Shown piece by piece: positions 23,228 to 35,486 of a stretch of DNA of 64,000 bases. The stretch comes from Enoplolaimus lenunculus (Eukaryota): positions 186,001 to 250,000 of the forward strand of contig JASANG010002509.1 in the NCBI GenBank assembly GCA_030248215.1. Reading direction: 5' to 3'. The notes below the pieces were generated by a model. The model had not been told where the DNA came from, searched no databases, and worked only from the letters and a program-made list of their open reading frames with translations. Position numbers and translations under genes: made by a program. The first letter of the stretch is position 1. The number at the start of each line of letters is the position of its first letter.

Positions 23228-26200
23228 CCGACACAAACACACAACCCTTAGGTGACCGCCGGATGGCGTCAAAGACAAACGTTGTACTTGCAAGCATGGC
23301 AGCAGCGGATATGGCGTACTTTTTCGTACTACTTCCGGTTAAGGCACGTATATTTGGAGTTGCTCGCAATTCGTTCGTGTACTATACGTTTTGGGCACAT
23401 ACCGGTCCGATTTTGATGGCGTTTTCGAACTGGTTTTCGGCCGCTTCAATTTGGTAAGCGCAGGCGTTTAAGCAGACGACGGACCAGAGATGACTTAGCT
23501 TTGCTAGCAACATTTTGGTTCCTATCTAGAAAGACTGTAATCCCGTTTATAAGCCACTGGAATCTCTGCATCCCAATCCTGAAATACCTCGTTCCACCAG
23601 GTATGGTAAAGTTTTAAAGTGACTACAAGCTTGATGTTAACCTAAAATTAACAACGATACTTAATCAGACGATATAGAATGCCGCAAATGTGTAGTTTCT
23701 GGCAAATTTATGTTCGCCTATTTGGTCACAAATCCTGAAGTCATTAAGCCTAAGCCTAAGCCTAAGCCTAAGCCTAAGCCTAAGCCTAAGCCTAAGCCTA
23801 AGCCTAAGCCTAAGCCTAAGCCTAAGCCTAAGCCTAAGCCTAAGCCTAAGCCTAAGCCTAGGCCTAAGTCTAAGCCTAAGCCTAGGCCTAAGTCTAAGCC
23901 TAGGCCTAAGTCTAACCCTAAGCCTAAAACTAAGTCTAAGCCTAAGCCTAAGCCTAAGCCTAAGCCTAAGCCTAAGCCTAAGCCTAAGCCTAAGCCTAAG
24001 CCTAAGCCTAAGCCTAAGCCTAAGCCTAAGCCTAAGCCTAAGCCTAAGCCTAAGCCTAAGCCTAAGCCTAAGCCTAAGCCTAAGCCTAGGCCTAAGTCTA
24101 AGCCTAAGCCTAAGCCTAAACCTAAGTCTAAGCCTAAGCCTAAGCCTAAGCATATGTCTAGAAAAATGCTAAAGAAAAACTCGATAGCGAAGCGAGCGAG
24201 AAGGCAGACACATTTCAAAACTACGCCAATTTCTGTCTGAACTGGACAGGTTGGGGCACGCCCCCAAATGGTGGTACAGTGATAGCTGTTCGGGCCCATC
24301 CTCAAGCTTTAATAAATATTCATGTGAGAAAAGGTTAATTGCAAACTGTTTCAGGCTGACAGTGGTTGTGACAATCGAACGCTTAATTGCGGTTCGCTTT
24401 CCGTTGAAAGCTCGAATTTATTTGCGAAAATCTCGGCTAATTATTGCAATCGTAACTGTGTACATTTCGACGCTATGCTTCGATTTGGTGTTATTTTTGG
24501 GTCCACGTTCAGTTCGCACGTTTCCGTTGTGTCATCCGGTGACGTACAACAATCATGTCTATACCCATACTTACAGGGTCCCTTTGATTAACCGCGGACC
24601 ACTATTGAAATATATCAACGGTACGATTGTCGCGTCAATTTTCCTCATTGTACTCATTCCACTAATTCTACTTACTGTAATCAATTTAACTCTTGTGTAT
24701 AATTTAGTCAAAACGCATCGCAACGAAATGAGCTTAATTAAACGTAAGTTTGTGTCGGCGTTTAAGCCGAACTTTTTTTTGAGTCAAAATTGTTTCATGC
24801 AGTTGAAGAAATTCAAATTATTTTTAAAATATCGAATTAACACATTTTTGGTCTTCGGACAGTCACACGAATGTAGTTCGTTTGTTGAGTTCAGTTATAC
24901 TCCAACTGCTTCGTGCTAAATGGTTTAATATTAAAAGTAAAGTTTAAAATTTAAATGAACAAGCGCCAGTGTTGTGGTCGTTATTTTTAATTTCACCCAC
25001 ACAGGAAGGAACTGGGCATACCAGGCAAATTCGGTCTAGAATGCGCGTTGAACAAAATCTTGCACCTTGAATAAGTATATAACAGGGTTGGGTACCGCAA
25101 AAACCAACGGGCAAAACCGGGTTTTCCGGTTTTTTCAAGGGGGTGAAAACAAACGCAAAACCAGAAAACTTTTTGTTATAATCTCAGTAAACCACTTACT
25201 CGCTAATCATCGACAAAACATCGCGGAACCGTGAAAAACTGATTCCTCTCTAGTAAATCTGCCTTCGTGGCGACGGAAGCGTGAGAAAATTGGTTTTTCT
25301 CACGCTTCTGTCGCCACGAAGGCAGATTTACTAGTGAGGAATCAGTTCCTACACTGCAAAAAATGGTGAGTCAAATTGACTCATTCCGAAATAGGCTTTT
25401 CCGAACTACACAAACTGAGTCAAATTCGACTCCGCCAGAGTCAAATTCGTCTCACTCATCGATACATTGAGTCGAATTTGACTCTGGCGGAGTCGAATTT
25501 TGACTCAGTTGGTATAGTCCGAAAAAGCCTATTTTGTACAGAGTCAATTTGACTCCCCATTTTTGCAGTGTACGGTGCTAAAAAATATGCTATACAAACG
25601 GTTTCGTAACCAAACCGGAATTACCGTTGCATCCCTGCTACTATATATTTCTTTGTCTTAAAGTGATTGCTATATATTTGAGATTTTTCTGTTTCTCTAT
25701 GATGCAACATTAATTGTAGATATACCTATGCAGCGTTAAGTTCGCATCCTAACTTCTAATTAATTTCTGTTGTCATATACCAATAAAACTACAAATCCTG
25801 CTTGCAGATTTTTTGCCAGACTCAACCCCACAAGCGGGTGCCAACCTTAGCTGGCACATGCACCATTTTAGGTATATGACAGTCCCGTAGTGTGTGCAGC
25901 TGCAGCAAGCTTATCGTCAAGTGTTATCAAACGTTGATACTTTGAAATAGTGATTTAATTCTTGTAATGATATTTTTTCAAAAGACAAATCATTCATTAA
26001 CATTTTTGGGCTTTTGGAAGCATTAGTACTTGATTTTCAATTTTTCCGTTTTTCCGAAAAAACTGAAAAAAAGTCGTTTTTCCTGTCAATTCAATTTTTC
26101 CGGAAACGAATCCAACGCTGATACATAATATGTCAATCAATCAACTAGAAAATGGTTCACCGATGGGAAAAAAAGCGAAAAAAAAACAAGCTTGAAGTGT

Positions 26201-27079
26201 TTTCGTCTTTTGGTAAAAATAAGAATTGCTAATACGTGACCAAATTTGACACATGAGACTATAGCAAAAAACCTTAGAAGCTTTGGCAAAATTTCAGAAT
26301 CATCCCGTATTTCAATCGGCAGCACTGGAACAAGCGATGAACGGCGCGCTACCCGTATGGTTGTGTTTATGTTATGCGCATATATCGTTTGCAATGTCCC
26401 GTCAGCATTTGTATACATCACAGACTGGGCATCCGGGTACAAAGGTCAACTGTTGATACCATATTTTCGTACCATTTTACATCTGTCAAACATTTTAGTT
26501 TCGCTCGGAAAAACGGTCAATTTTATCATTTACTACGCTGCATCTTCGCGATTCCGCAATCATTTAGCGACAATCGTCTGTAGACGCGTTCAGGCGTCTA
26601 GACTTCACCCCACAGACAATCTGCTAGACATGGCGACCGCTGGACTAGTAGGGTTCGGTCAAAAAATGTCTCTAGTGCTCGGGTATATGACCCCGGCCGG
26701 TAAGGCGCGGCAGCGTTTAGGATCGAAACTATCCAGTCAACGCTGGGGATCGTTGCCGGAAGTGTCTTCAGCTGGAGACTGTGTCAATTTTGTTGCAGAT
26801 CCGGGCGGTGGACAAACGAGCAATAGGCGACTTCATAGCGTTGGACAGATCGCAAAATTAAGCAAACGGCAATCTTGCCCTACGGAAGGCGTGGCCGTGT
26901 TGAACAGAAACCAAACGACAACGAGTCCGCCACTGTCGAATCACGTGGTTGTGGTCAACTACCAAGAGTTGAATTCGAACAATTTCACCAGTAACCTAAT
27001 CGAGAACAAATACAAGCTGCAAGCGGACACTGTATTACTGGAAACGGACGAACTGTGCAGTGACATTGAAATGCTTTAA
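22872..27079 (+). CDS. Paralogous FMRFamide-receptor-like class A GPCR, about 540 aa once the 23121-23250 insert is removed; exons 22872-23453, 24355-24743, 26298-27079
   Basis: Motifs [68 protein letters not shown]. Intron positions and phases match the first GPCR (gtaagc..tttcag; gtaagt..tttcag). As assembled, exon 1 is frameshifted, so this is either a pseudogene allele or an assembly error. Start codon uncertain. Confidence 0.82.
23745..24151 (-). repeat. Interstitial telomeric array (GCCTAA)n = (TTAGGC)n on the - strand, about 68 units, in GPCR2 intron 1
   Basis: Near-pure hexamer with a few GTCTAA/CCTAGG variants; no MITE TIRs on either side. Confidence 0.95.
25237..25347. repeat. Near-perfect inverted repeat, 53-bp arms with a 5-nt loop
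   Basis: aactgattcctctctagtaaatctgccttcgtggcgacggaagcgtgagaaaa-ttggt-reverse complement, with 2 differences. Confidence 0.92.
25352..25570. mobile_element. MITE family P, well preserved; TA TSD (Tc1/mariner-type signature)
   Basis: ta|cactgcaaaaaatggtgagtcaaattgactc ... gagtcaatttgactccccatttttgcagtg|ta. Confidence 0.9.
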
Positions 27080-27313
27080 TTTACGCAATTTTTCAAGCAG
27101 ATGTTTTGCAGTTGCACAAATGCGTTTGAACTATTCTGCAGTCAGGTGCAATATGGCAACGCAGTTGCAAAATGTTGCATAACACTGCATAACAATTTGT
27201 TAGCAATTTTTGTATTTGGGACGCATTCGGTCGACGAATACCGGGTTTTTAGAGCCAGTGTTAGTGTCATCGTTTAGTTGTGGCATGGTCTGGCAGTTGT
27301 GTCACAAAGCGAA

Positions 27314-27560
27314 GGCCAATGTAAAGAACAGGACCGGAACAGTATTGTAGGCATATTCCTAAGCCTAAGCCTAAGCCTAAACCTAAACGTATGAATGAGC
27401 ATATTCCTAAACCTAAGCCTAAACCTAAGCGTAAGAATGACCATATTCCTATGCCTAAACCTCAGCCTAAGCCAAGCAAAAAAAAATAGTCCACAGCTTA
27501 AAACTTACTCTATTGCTGTCCCTCAGAAAAACTGTTCCGCCCTTGATCTTTACATGGGTC
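27314..27560 (-). mobile_element. Telomere-repeat MITE, subfamily A
   Basis: Both TIRs; TSD aaagcgaa/aaagctaa. Confidence 0.85.
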
Positions 27561-28057
27561 AAAGCTAATTGGACACAACAAGCGACTGATACGTTGAAAA
27601 CGTATTATTTGAAACGGATTTAATGTTTGGACAGTAAAATACGTCAATTCTCAAAATGTTTTAGTGCTGCGAACAGTAATGACTATAATACTTCAATAGA
27701 ACTTTAGCTACGAGTACGCTTTAATGTATCGCCAGGCCTACAACCTGGCCAACAATTTGAACCGGGATCGCAAAGTTGAGAGCGCCAAGGGGAAGGTTTG
27801 CAATATTTGCAAGCCGAATCAAACCGGTTCCACGCGCGGAGTGGGATGACGTTTAAAGGATACGTAGGTCCCTTGGCACACGTTGTTAAAACGGTTTTTT
27901 TTGGCAACGCACAACAATCGCAGTCTTGATTGTTGAGTATCTTTGAAAAAATAAATATTTTGTCACAATTTATGTCAATGTTTTATAAAACCTGTAAAAA
28001 CGATCAACGAAAATTGTTTATCTCTAAAAACCCGTTCAAAACAGCGTATCAATTTAT

Positions 28058-28296
28058 GGCCAATGTTACTTTTAGGGGCGTAACAGTAAATTAAGCGGAA
28101 TCCTAAGCCTAAGCCTAAGCGTTGCAAAATTGTGTTCCTAAGCCTAAGCCTAAGCCTAAGCCTAAGCGTTGCAAAAATGTGTTCCTAAGCCTAAGCCTAA
28201 ACCTAAGCCAGAGCAAAAAAATTTGTAATCTATAATCTAAACCCACTCTTTTATAGATCACCAGAAACCTTTACGCCCCTTAAAGTAACAGGAGCC
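28058..28296 (-). mobile_element. Telomere-repeat MITE, subfamily B
   Basis: ggccaatgttacttttaggggcgtaa ... ttacgccccttaaagtaaca; exact TSD caatttat. Confidence 0.9.
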
Positions 28297-28306
28297 CAAT
28301 TTATTA

Positions 28307-28558
28307 CACTGTAAATTTCAGTGAGTTGATTTTAACTTAGAATGAGTTGAATCACTTAGTCTGAGTTACGCCTTTCAGAACTCAGAAATTTGAGTTGATT
28401 CAATTCATTGTGAATTAATTAACCAATTCACCCATAGTCAACTCAACTCAGACTGAGAATCAACTCAACTCAGAGTGAGTTAACGTTTACTGATATGCAT
28501 TCAGAAATAACCCACTCGCTAGCTGAATTGATTAATCAACTCATCGGAATTTACAGTG
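28307..28558. mobile_element. MITE family Q
   Basis: ta|cactgtaaattt ... ggaatttacagtg|ta. Confidence 0.85.
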
Positions 28559-28601
28559 TATGTATTGTTCGCAATTGAATCTGCTTGACCTAGACTCAGT
28601 A

Positions 28602-31600
28602 TTAAAATTTGATAACCGTACTTGCCGAACCGAATTTTCGCACCGGATACGGAGACTCATTCCGGCTTTCAGATTTGTCCAATGCTCGACACAGGAAACA
28701 ACAGCGTTTTGATCGACCCCCATACATTTCTATAAATTGTTCAGTAGTGTCAGGCATTGCGGTATGCTTTGTATCAATCAACCAAAGGTACGCCAGCGGC
28801 AACGTAACAACTTCAAGCGTTAACACAACTAAGTAGGGCAAAGGTGACCAATGGCGTTCGAGAAGTATGATATATTGAACCAATAGCTGACCGAGAAAGT
28901 GTATGAAATTGTTCACTGCAAGCGCTCGGCATCGAATTGGAGTCGGATAGTATTCGATGGTCATTTGACTAATTGTCATGTTGAACGAAGAAATTGAAAT
29001 CAGCCCTCCAATCAGTGAAATTATGCTGATTGCAAGATCGACTAAAATAATTTTAAGCCAATTGTCTCTAGCTGAATCAGGCCCTGTACACAGCTCATCT
29101 TCCTATGGGTGGGGGACTGAAATTGTTCTGGAGACACATACACGGGTTTTCGATGACTTACAAGCAAGGTTAAATAATTTCTACAGGGGCCAAAATCTTT
29201 ACGGGGGGGTTGAGCCTGCGGACGTTCTTTGGCTACGACCCCAAGCTGAATATGCGAACACTACCTAAACTTAGATTCACAACAGCACGCAGACGTGCAA
29301 AAATAACGCAATACCTGCCATGTATGGGTGCATCAAACAGTTTAAAGAAGCCAAATGTGCTTGGTACAGTTTGCTTAATAAAACATATCCACAAAAAAAG
29401 TTAAGACTGCACCCTTTGATGCCCATAGAACCTAACTGTGGACACGAAAATCGCGCACACCTGCGGCGATTTGCAGAAATAAATTCGGTTCATAAATGGT
29501 TAAAAATAATTGCACCAAAATATCCTGTTAAAAATCTATATCATTGACCAAAACGTGACCACATTTCTGCGAACGAAACTGCACCGAATACCACGTAAAA
29601 TGTTAGCAAATATATAACATTGGGCCAATGTAAAGAACAGGGGCGGAACAGTATTATAACCATATTTTTAAGCCTAAGCCTGAGCCTAAGCGTAAGCGTA
29701 AGAATGAGCATATTCCAAAGTGTAAGCCTAAGCCTAAGCCTATGCCAAGCAAAACAATTAGTCTAAAGCTTAAACTTATTCTATTGCAGTCCCACAGAAA
29801 AACGCTACGCCCCTGATCTTTACATGGGCCTAAAATTGGAACTTCAATTCTTATTCGGAAACCGAGAATTCTTTTATAACATTATAATTTTTGGCTCATG
29901 TAAAAGATCAGGGGTGGAACGTTTTTCTCTTAGACTAGAAAAAAGCAAGCTTAAGCTTTAGACTCTTTTTTTTGCTTGGCTTAGGTTGAAAAGCGAAGCC
30001 GGTAACAAATTTCGGCTCATGTAAAGATCGGGGATAGAACGTTATTTCTGGGACTAGAAAAGAGTAAGCTCATGCTTTAGAGTAATTTTTGTGCTTGGCT
30101 TAAACTCACGATCAGGCTTAGGAATATGCTCGTGTTACGCTTAGGGTTTATGCTTAGGCTTAAGCTTAGGAATAATGCTTATAATACTGTTCCGTTCCTG
30201 TTGTTTACATTGGCTCAATTTGTAGTCTTGAAGCGGAAAAATACGGCTATTTGCTTTAGATTATTTACGTTTTTGTGCTCAATAAAACCAAACAATATAA
30301 AAACACTGCTAAATTTTTCAAAGTCCGCAACTTCATCAACATCGTTTTAAACCAACCTGAAGCCGGAGTTAAAAACAGTACTCTGTATCAACCCGCCCAC
30401 AATTACCTAACGGACCTACTGGCAGTTTTAGACCAAAAAGACAATATATAATTCAATTCGCTTACCTTTATTTCGATCAACCGCTAGCGACAAAGCAAGC
30501 ACCACAACTTGACAGCCAATCATGATTGACAACGATCCAAAATACACAACCCGCCGGGTGAATCGCGGAATTTTAATATCGCACGCAACGATCACAAACG
30601 GAACCCATATCCGGAGTGCTCCAAGCATGGCGACACTGACGAAAACATTAATTTCCAGTTGTGGAATTCGATGAAAGAACGTTCCGTACACAATTGTTGA
30701 CGTAAGCGCTGATAAAAGAAGAATCCAAGTTTGGCTGCGGTACATTTCGTGCGTTAGAATGCCAGAAATCGAATAAGATGAACGGATTTGAGCATCTGTT
30801 CGATCGTCACGCGGAAGCGATGCCAGTTGGTCAGCTGTGATCGGTGGGGCGCCAGTTCGGTTCCAGCGTTCGCCGGCGATTTCGGATAGGTTTCCAGCGG
30901 CTTTTTGAAATTTTCCTGCGGCGTACATTAGAGTAGATTAAGCATCAATAACAAGAATTGGCTAATTATATATGTGAGTACCGTGCTGTAGTGACCCGAA
31001 CAAGAGGAGGGTAATTTGAGGGGGGTCGATATTTTAAGTCACAATCAATAAGGGTTCGTATCCCTAATAAGAGTTCGTAAGCGAATACAGTCCCTAAACC
31101 CTAATTATAGTCCATATATGTCAATTATCCCAATTGTAGTGTATAAATGACTCCAGGATTAAATAAATTTGAGTTCGAAACTTTAAAGTATACTTACGTT
31201 TCAAAAGTACATTCCGAAGTATAACCTTGCATTATCGCTCAAACTTTTGATACAAGACAAAAAAACGTTCAAATTCAAAGGCCAGTTGCAATACCGCATA
31301 TATATCAGTAACGAATGGTGGTGTATGGTGGGTCAAAAATAAATAACATTAAAAATTAAATATTTTAACAAATTTTAAAACGTTTCTCACGAATTGACAA
31401 ATATGTAAACGAAAATAATCGTTTACCTGCTTGTATAAGCCATCGAGGTGATCCTTGTAGAATTAAATAACCCAGCAACACTGGTGATGTTATTAAATTG
31501 ACAATAATTAAAAACATTCGCCATTGTCGGGTCAGTAGAGCGATTAGCGAAATAATTGGATATGCAATGGACCACTGAAATACGCTGTTCATAATAAAAC

Positions 31601-34286
31601 GATGGCAGCCGACAGTATATTCCATTGCCAATGTGAATGCAGTTGTTTCAACAACACTGTATAGTAACGCGTTGATCATCTAAAACACCAAATACTGTAT
31701 GGACCCGAATCAGAACGGGAGGAGTAATAAGAGGGGGAAGGGTCCCCCATTTTGAGTTCGAATCAATTGGAGTCCGTATCCCTAATAAGAGTCTGTAAGC
31801 GGATAGAGTCCCTAAACTCTAATTAGAGTCCATAAATTTTAATTAATCCTAAATTGTAGCGCATAAATGACTCCAGGGCCAAATCATTTGAGTTCGAAAC
31901 TTCAAAGCGTACTTAAATTTTGAAAGTACATTCCGAAGTATAACCTTGCATTATCGCTCAAACTATTGAAACGAGACAAATATACGTTTAATTCAACGGA
32001 TACTTGCAGTACCGGATATATATCAGTAACGAAGGGTGGCGGAGCGTGAGTTAAAAATAGATAACAGTCCGTAACCGAAAAACAAGGGGGCACCCTCTGG
32101 ACAGACCAAATAAATATCAGTCCCCGTCTTACTCGGGTCACTACAGTATGTTAATATACAAAATATTTTGAATTTCAACGTCCAACGATCAAAGGCGGAA
32201 CGTTTTTCTGCGAGACGGCAATAGAGTACGCTTAATCTTTAGACAAAGCCACTAGCGGATCTAAAAGACAGCGATGGAAGGGGGCGTACGCCACCCTGTC
32301 ATAAAATATTTTGTGATAAAATGGTAACGTCCGTCCTTACCATACAATTTTTCTTCTAAAAAATTAGGCAGATATATAGCATACAATAAAAATTGCGTTT
32401 CATAAGTTTTGCTATACTGCCCGTTCGCCAAAAATAGACATATCTCTCTTACGGTTGCGTTATACTCGTCGCCTGCCGCTGTAAGACTTTTTATTAAAAA
32501 TTACCACCCGACGCCGTACGGTGGCACTGCGCCCGTGTCTGGCTCTGTAAAGTATAGCGCAACCCTTATGGTTTCCAATGTATCCGCACTGTAAATTCCA
32601 ATGAATTGGTTAATCAACTCAGCTAGAGAGTTATTCCATAGTTATTAACAGTTAACATTAACTCGCTCTGAGTTGAATTGATTTTCACTTTGAGTTCAGT
32701 TTATTCCGGCTAAGTTAAATAATTAAGTCAGAGTGAGTTTTAGTGACTCCAAATTTTGAGTTGTGAAAATCCTACACCTCAAACTGAGTGATTCAACTCG
32801 TTCTGAGTTAAAATCAACTCACTGGGTACAGTGCGCCTTTGCACAACACTGTACCAACAACCCGTGCAATACGCACCTGTGCCACCAAAAACGTTTCCCA
32901 CATCATCGCCCCTGTACTCATAACACTTGTTAAACAAATGCCAAACTGCATCGCTAGCAACATAGTTCCACGACCGTACGTATCGCCAATAAATCCACCA
33001 ATCAACGCTCCAAGCGCCCGTGTTGCCATTTCTGCGGCCACAATGCGGCGGACGATGTGTTCACGCCGGCAAAATAGACGCCATTCACCAGCTAGCGAAC
33101 CAAACTGCAGTTCGGTATAACGGATTGCGGTGCAATTTTGGAGTGTTTCGCACGTTTGCAATTCGTTGTTGTTGCTGTTGTTGTTAACAGTTGCTGGCGA
33201 AGCACTTATGGTGATAATATTGCTAGTCCAGTTCAAATATCGGTGGTCAGTAGATGCTGAAGTGGAAATTGTGACTGAAATATTAAACTAAACTATTCGA
33301 GTTTTACAGCAAACGGCGTGGTATTTCAGTGAATACATTGAGAATTATAATTGCATAATGCTAAGGTTTTAGCGTATCGACATTAAGACTGTGATATGGT
33401 GTGTGCTTTTTGCGACAAATGGTCGATACTTCAAGTATGCAGACATTTGAAAACATCTCATAAGATAATCGCAAACAATACCTCGAATATCATATGATAC
33501 TGAAGAACAAAAGGTGACCCACACATGAGCAGACAAATATGAATTTTTGAATACGATGTGGGGTCTATAAGCAGACAAAACGTTACGCAATTGTCTAATA
33601 GGACCAAACAAGTCCCAAACTGCCTCGGCGGTTATAACGTGAACCCCGTATTAGCCATAAAAGGGCTTCACAGGGCTAAGATTAGTGTAAATTTAGAAAA
33701 TTCAGCAAAGCGTCTACAAGTTTTCCGCATATCAAACGCAAACGTACCGCGAACACCGTCAAAATATTACGTTTTGGTGTGCAATTGAACCTGCGTCAAT
33801 CATTTCATACCTGCAAACATTTTACCATCCCTAGAAAATTTTCAACCTTCTTTGTAAGTCACTGAAAACTCTTGTACGCCTCGTGTGAACAATGTTTAGC
33901 CCCCTCCGCTAGCAAAGTTAGCTGACTACGGGGCCTGCACTGAATCCATAAAACGTACCGTTATCAGCACACTCCCATGACGGTTGTAAGAATCCAAACG
34001 TATTAAACGCAAAGTTTCCTGCCCACATTACGGTCGAATACAACAGAACAAACGCGACAAATATTTGATATCGGCCAAATACGCCAACTTGACTTAAAAC
34101 ATCTTCAAATTTGTCAAACTGTTCAACTCGTTCGCCCTGCTTTGATTCGCTGTCTTGTTTGCAATGTTCGACGTTTCGCTTTCCATCAGCCGGATCTAAA
34201 GTAACCGGATGTTGATTTGCTCCTGTGTGATTGAGTATAGTTTTAGGATGCGATTCTACAGTGTAAATTTTACGTTTATCCGGCAT
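28602..34286 (-). CDS. SLC22/organic cation transporter-like MFS protein, about 622 aa; exons 34286-33959, 33274-32877, 31679-31427, 30915-30466, 29041-28602
   Basis: FEDVLSQVGVFGRYQ at the N-terminus, a Cys-containing loop with SLAGEWRLFC, GFIGDTYGR (MFS motif A), GSPRWL and EYYPTPIR. All four GT-AG introns join in frame (phases 1,0,1,1); the CDS totals 1869 nt. Confidence 0.88.
29623..29830 (-). mobile_element. Telomere-repeat MITE, subfamily A
   Basis: Both TIRs; TSD taacattg/taaaattg. Confidence 0.88.
29893..30215 (+). mobile_element. Telomere-repeat MITE: partial 5' copy (29893-29990) followed by a full copy (30014-30215)
   Basis: Two ggctcatgtaaa(a)gatc starts and one tttacattggct end. 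Confidence 0.75.
30986..31350. mobile_element. MITE family S, partial
   Basis: ctgtagtgacccgaacaagagg start; colinear with the copy at 31695. Confidence 0.75.
31695..32146. mobile_element. MITE family S, complete
   Basis: ta|ctgtatggacccgaat ... actcgggtcactacag|ta. Confidence 0.85.
32587..32833. mobile_element. MITE family Q, opposite orientation
   Basis: cactgtaaattccaatga ... gagttaaaatcaactcactgggtacagtg. Confidence 0.75.
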
Positions 34287-34453
34287 ATTTTTAGCGTAAA
34301 CAAACTACTTTGCTTCAGTTTGCGAGGTTATTATTTTATTTTATTGAAATATAAATTTAAGTATGAACATTTAGGTTATATAGGGATTGCTGAAATAATT
34401 TTGTCTTATATCCAAGTGCTGCTTGCCTGGTTGAGCCTTATCGGAGCTTGCTA

Positions 34454-34898
34454 CTGTAGTGATCCGAATAAGAGGGGATAATAAGAGGGAGCTGTCACCA
34501 TTTAGAGTCCCAATCAATAGGAGTCCGTATCTCTAATAAGAGTTCGTAGGCGGATAGAGTCCGTAAACACACTAATTAGAGTCCGTAATAATAATGTCAA
34601 TTTCAATTGTAGTGCATAAATGAGTCCGTGCCCAAATAATTTGAGTTTGAAACTTTAAAGTGTGCTTTAATTTTGAAAGCACATTCCTATGTATAACCTT
34701 GCATTATCGCTCAGACTATTGAAACAACACAAACGTCTTACTCAACGGACAGTTGTAGTAGCGGCGGACATTTTCAGTAACAAAGGGTGACGGAGCGTGG
34801 GTTAAAAATAAATAACAGTCCGTTACCGAATAACAAAGGGGTGTCCTCTGGAGAGCCCAAATAAATATCAGTCCCCCCTCTTATTCGGGTCATTACAG
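34454..34898. mobile_element. MITE family S, complete, just upstream of the transporter ATG
   Basis: ta|ctgtagtgatccgaataagagggg ... cccctcttattcgggtcattacag|ta. Confidence 0.88.
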
Positions 34899-35320
34899 TA
34901 CGTGTGCAAACTGCACGTCAATTCACATAATTGCGTTTATGCTAATTTGACACAAAACGTTTAATGTTTTGGTCCATGCAATGATCAGGTGCGGAATATT
35001 TTTCTGCGGGACTGCAATAGAGTAAGCTTAAGCTTACAACTAATTTTTTGCCTACGCTAATACACTTAGGTATACGCTCATTCTTACATTTAGTCTTTAA
35101 GTTAAGAGCACGATTATACTACTGTTACGACCCTGTTCTGACCAAATTTTTTCAACATTTTGTTTAATTCTGTTCACAGAAATCTTTCCAACAAACGCTC
35201 TGTGCCTTTGGCTTTCAGATATCTGGTGCCAAGAGCACAAATACCCAATTTCACAGGACTCACAATAAAGTCTGCTTATTGTTATTTAAACCGTTCAAAA
35301 TAACATATCTCGACCATTAC

Positions 35321-35486
35321 CGCCCATGCAAAAATCACGGGCGGAACGTGTTTAGACTATTTTTGCTTGGTTTAGGCTTACATTTAGGCTTAGGAATATG
35401 CTCATTCTCATGCTTAGGCTTAGGCTTAGGTTTATGCTTAGGAATAATCTTATAATACTGTTCTGCTCTTGTTCTTTACATTGTCC
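35321..35486 (+). mobile_element. Telomere-repeat MITE with internal deletion (other decayed copies at about 34970-35140 and 35943-36030)
   Basis: gcccatgcaaaaatcacgggcggaacg ... tgttctttacattgtcc. Confidence 0.7.

Noticed and set aside
23121..23251. GC-AG intron explaining the GPCR2 insert
   Set aside because: Removing 131 nt leaves a frameshift; there is no pyrimidine-rich acceptor, and the paralog has no intron here.
23745..24151. True chromosome end or DNA-elimination breakpoint
   Set aside because: Gene exons continue in frame on both sides; nothing in the sequence alone supports a break.
23665..24305. LRLRLR, KPKPKP and GLGLGL ORFs (also at 14.7, 16.7, 42, 52.5 and 54 kb)
   Set aside because: Translations of TTAGGC/GCCTAA repeats.
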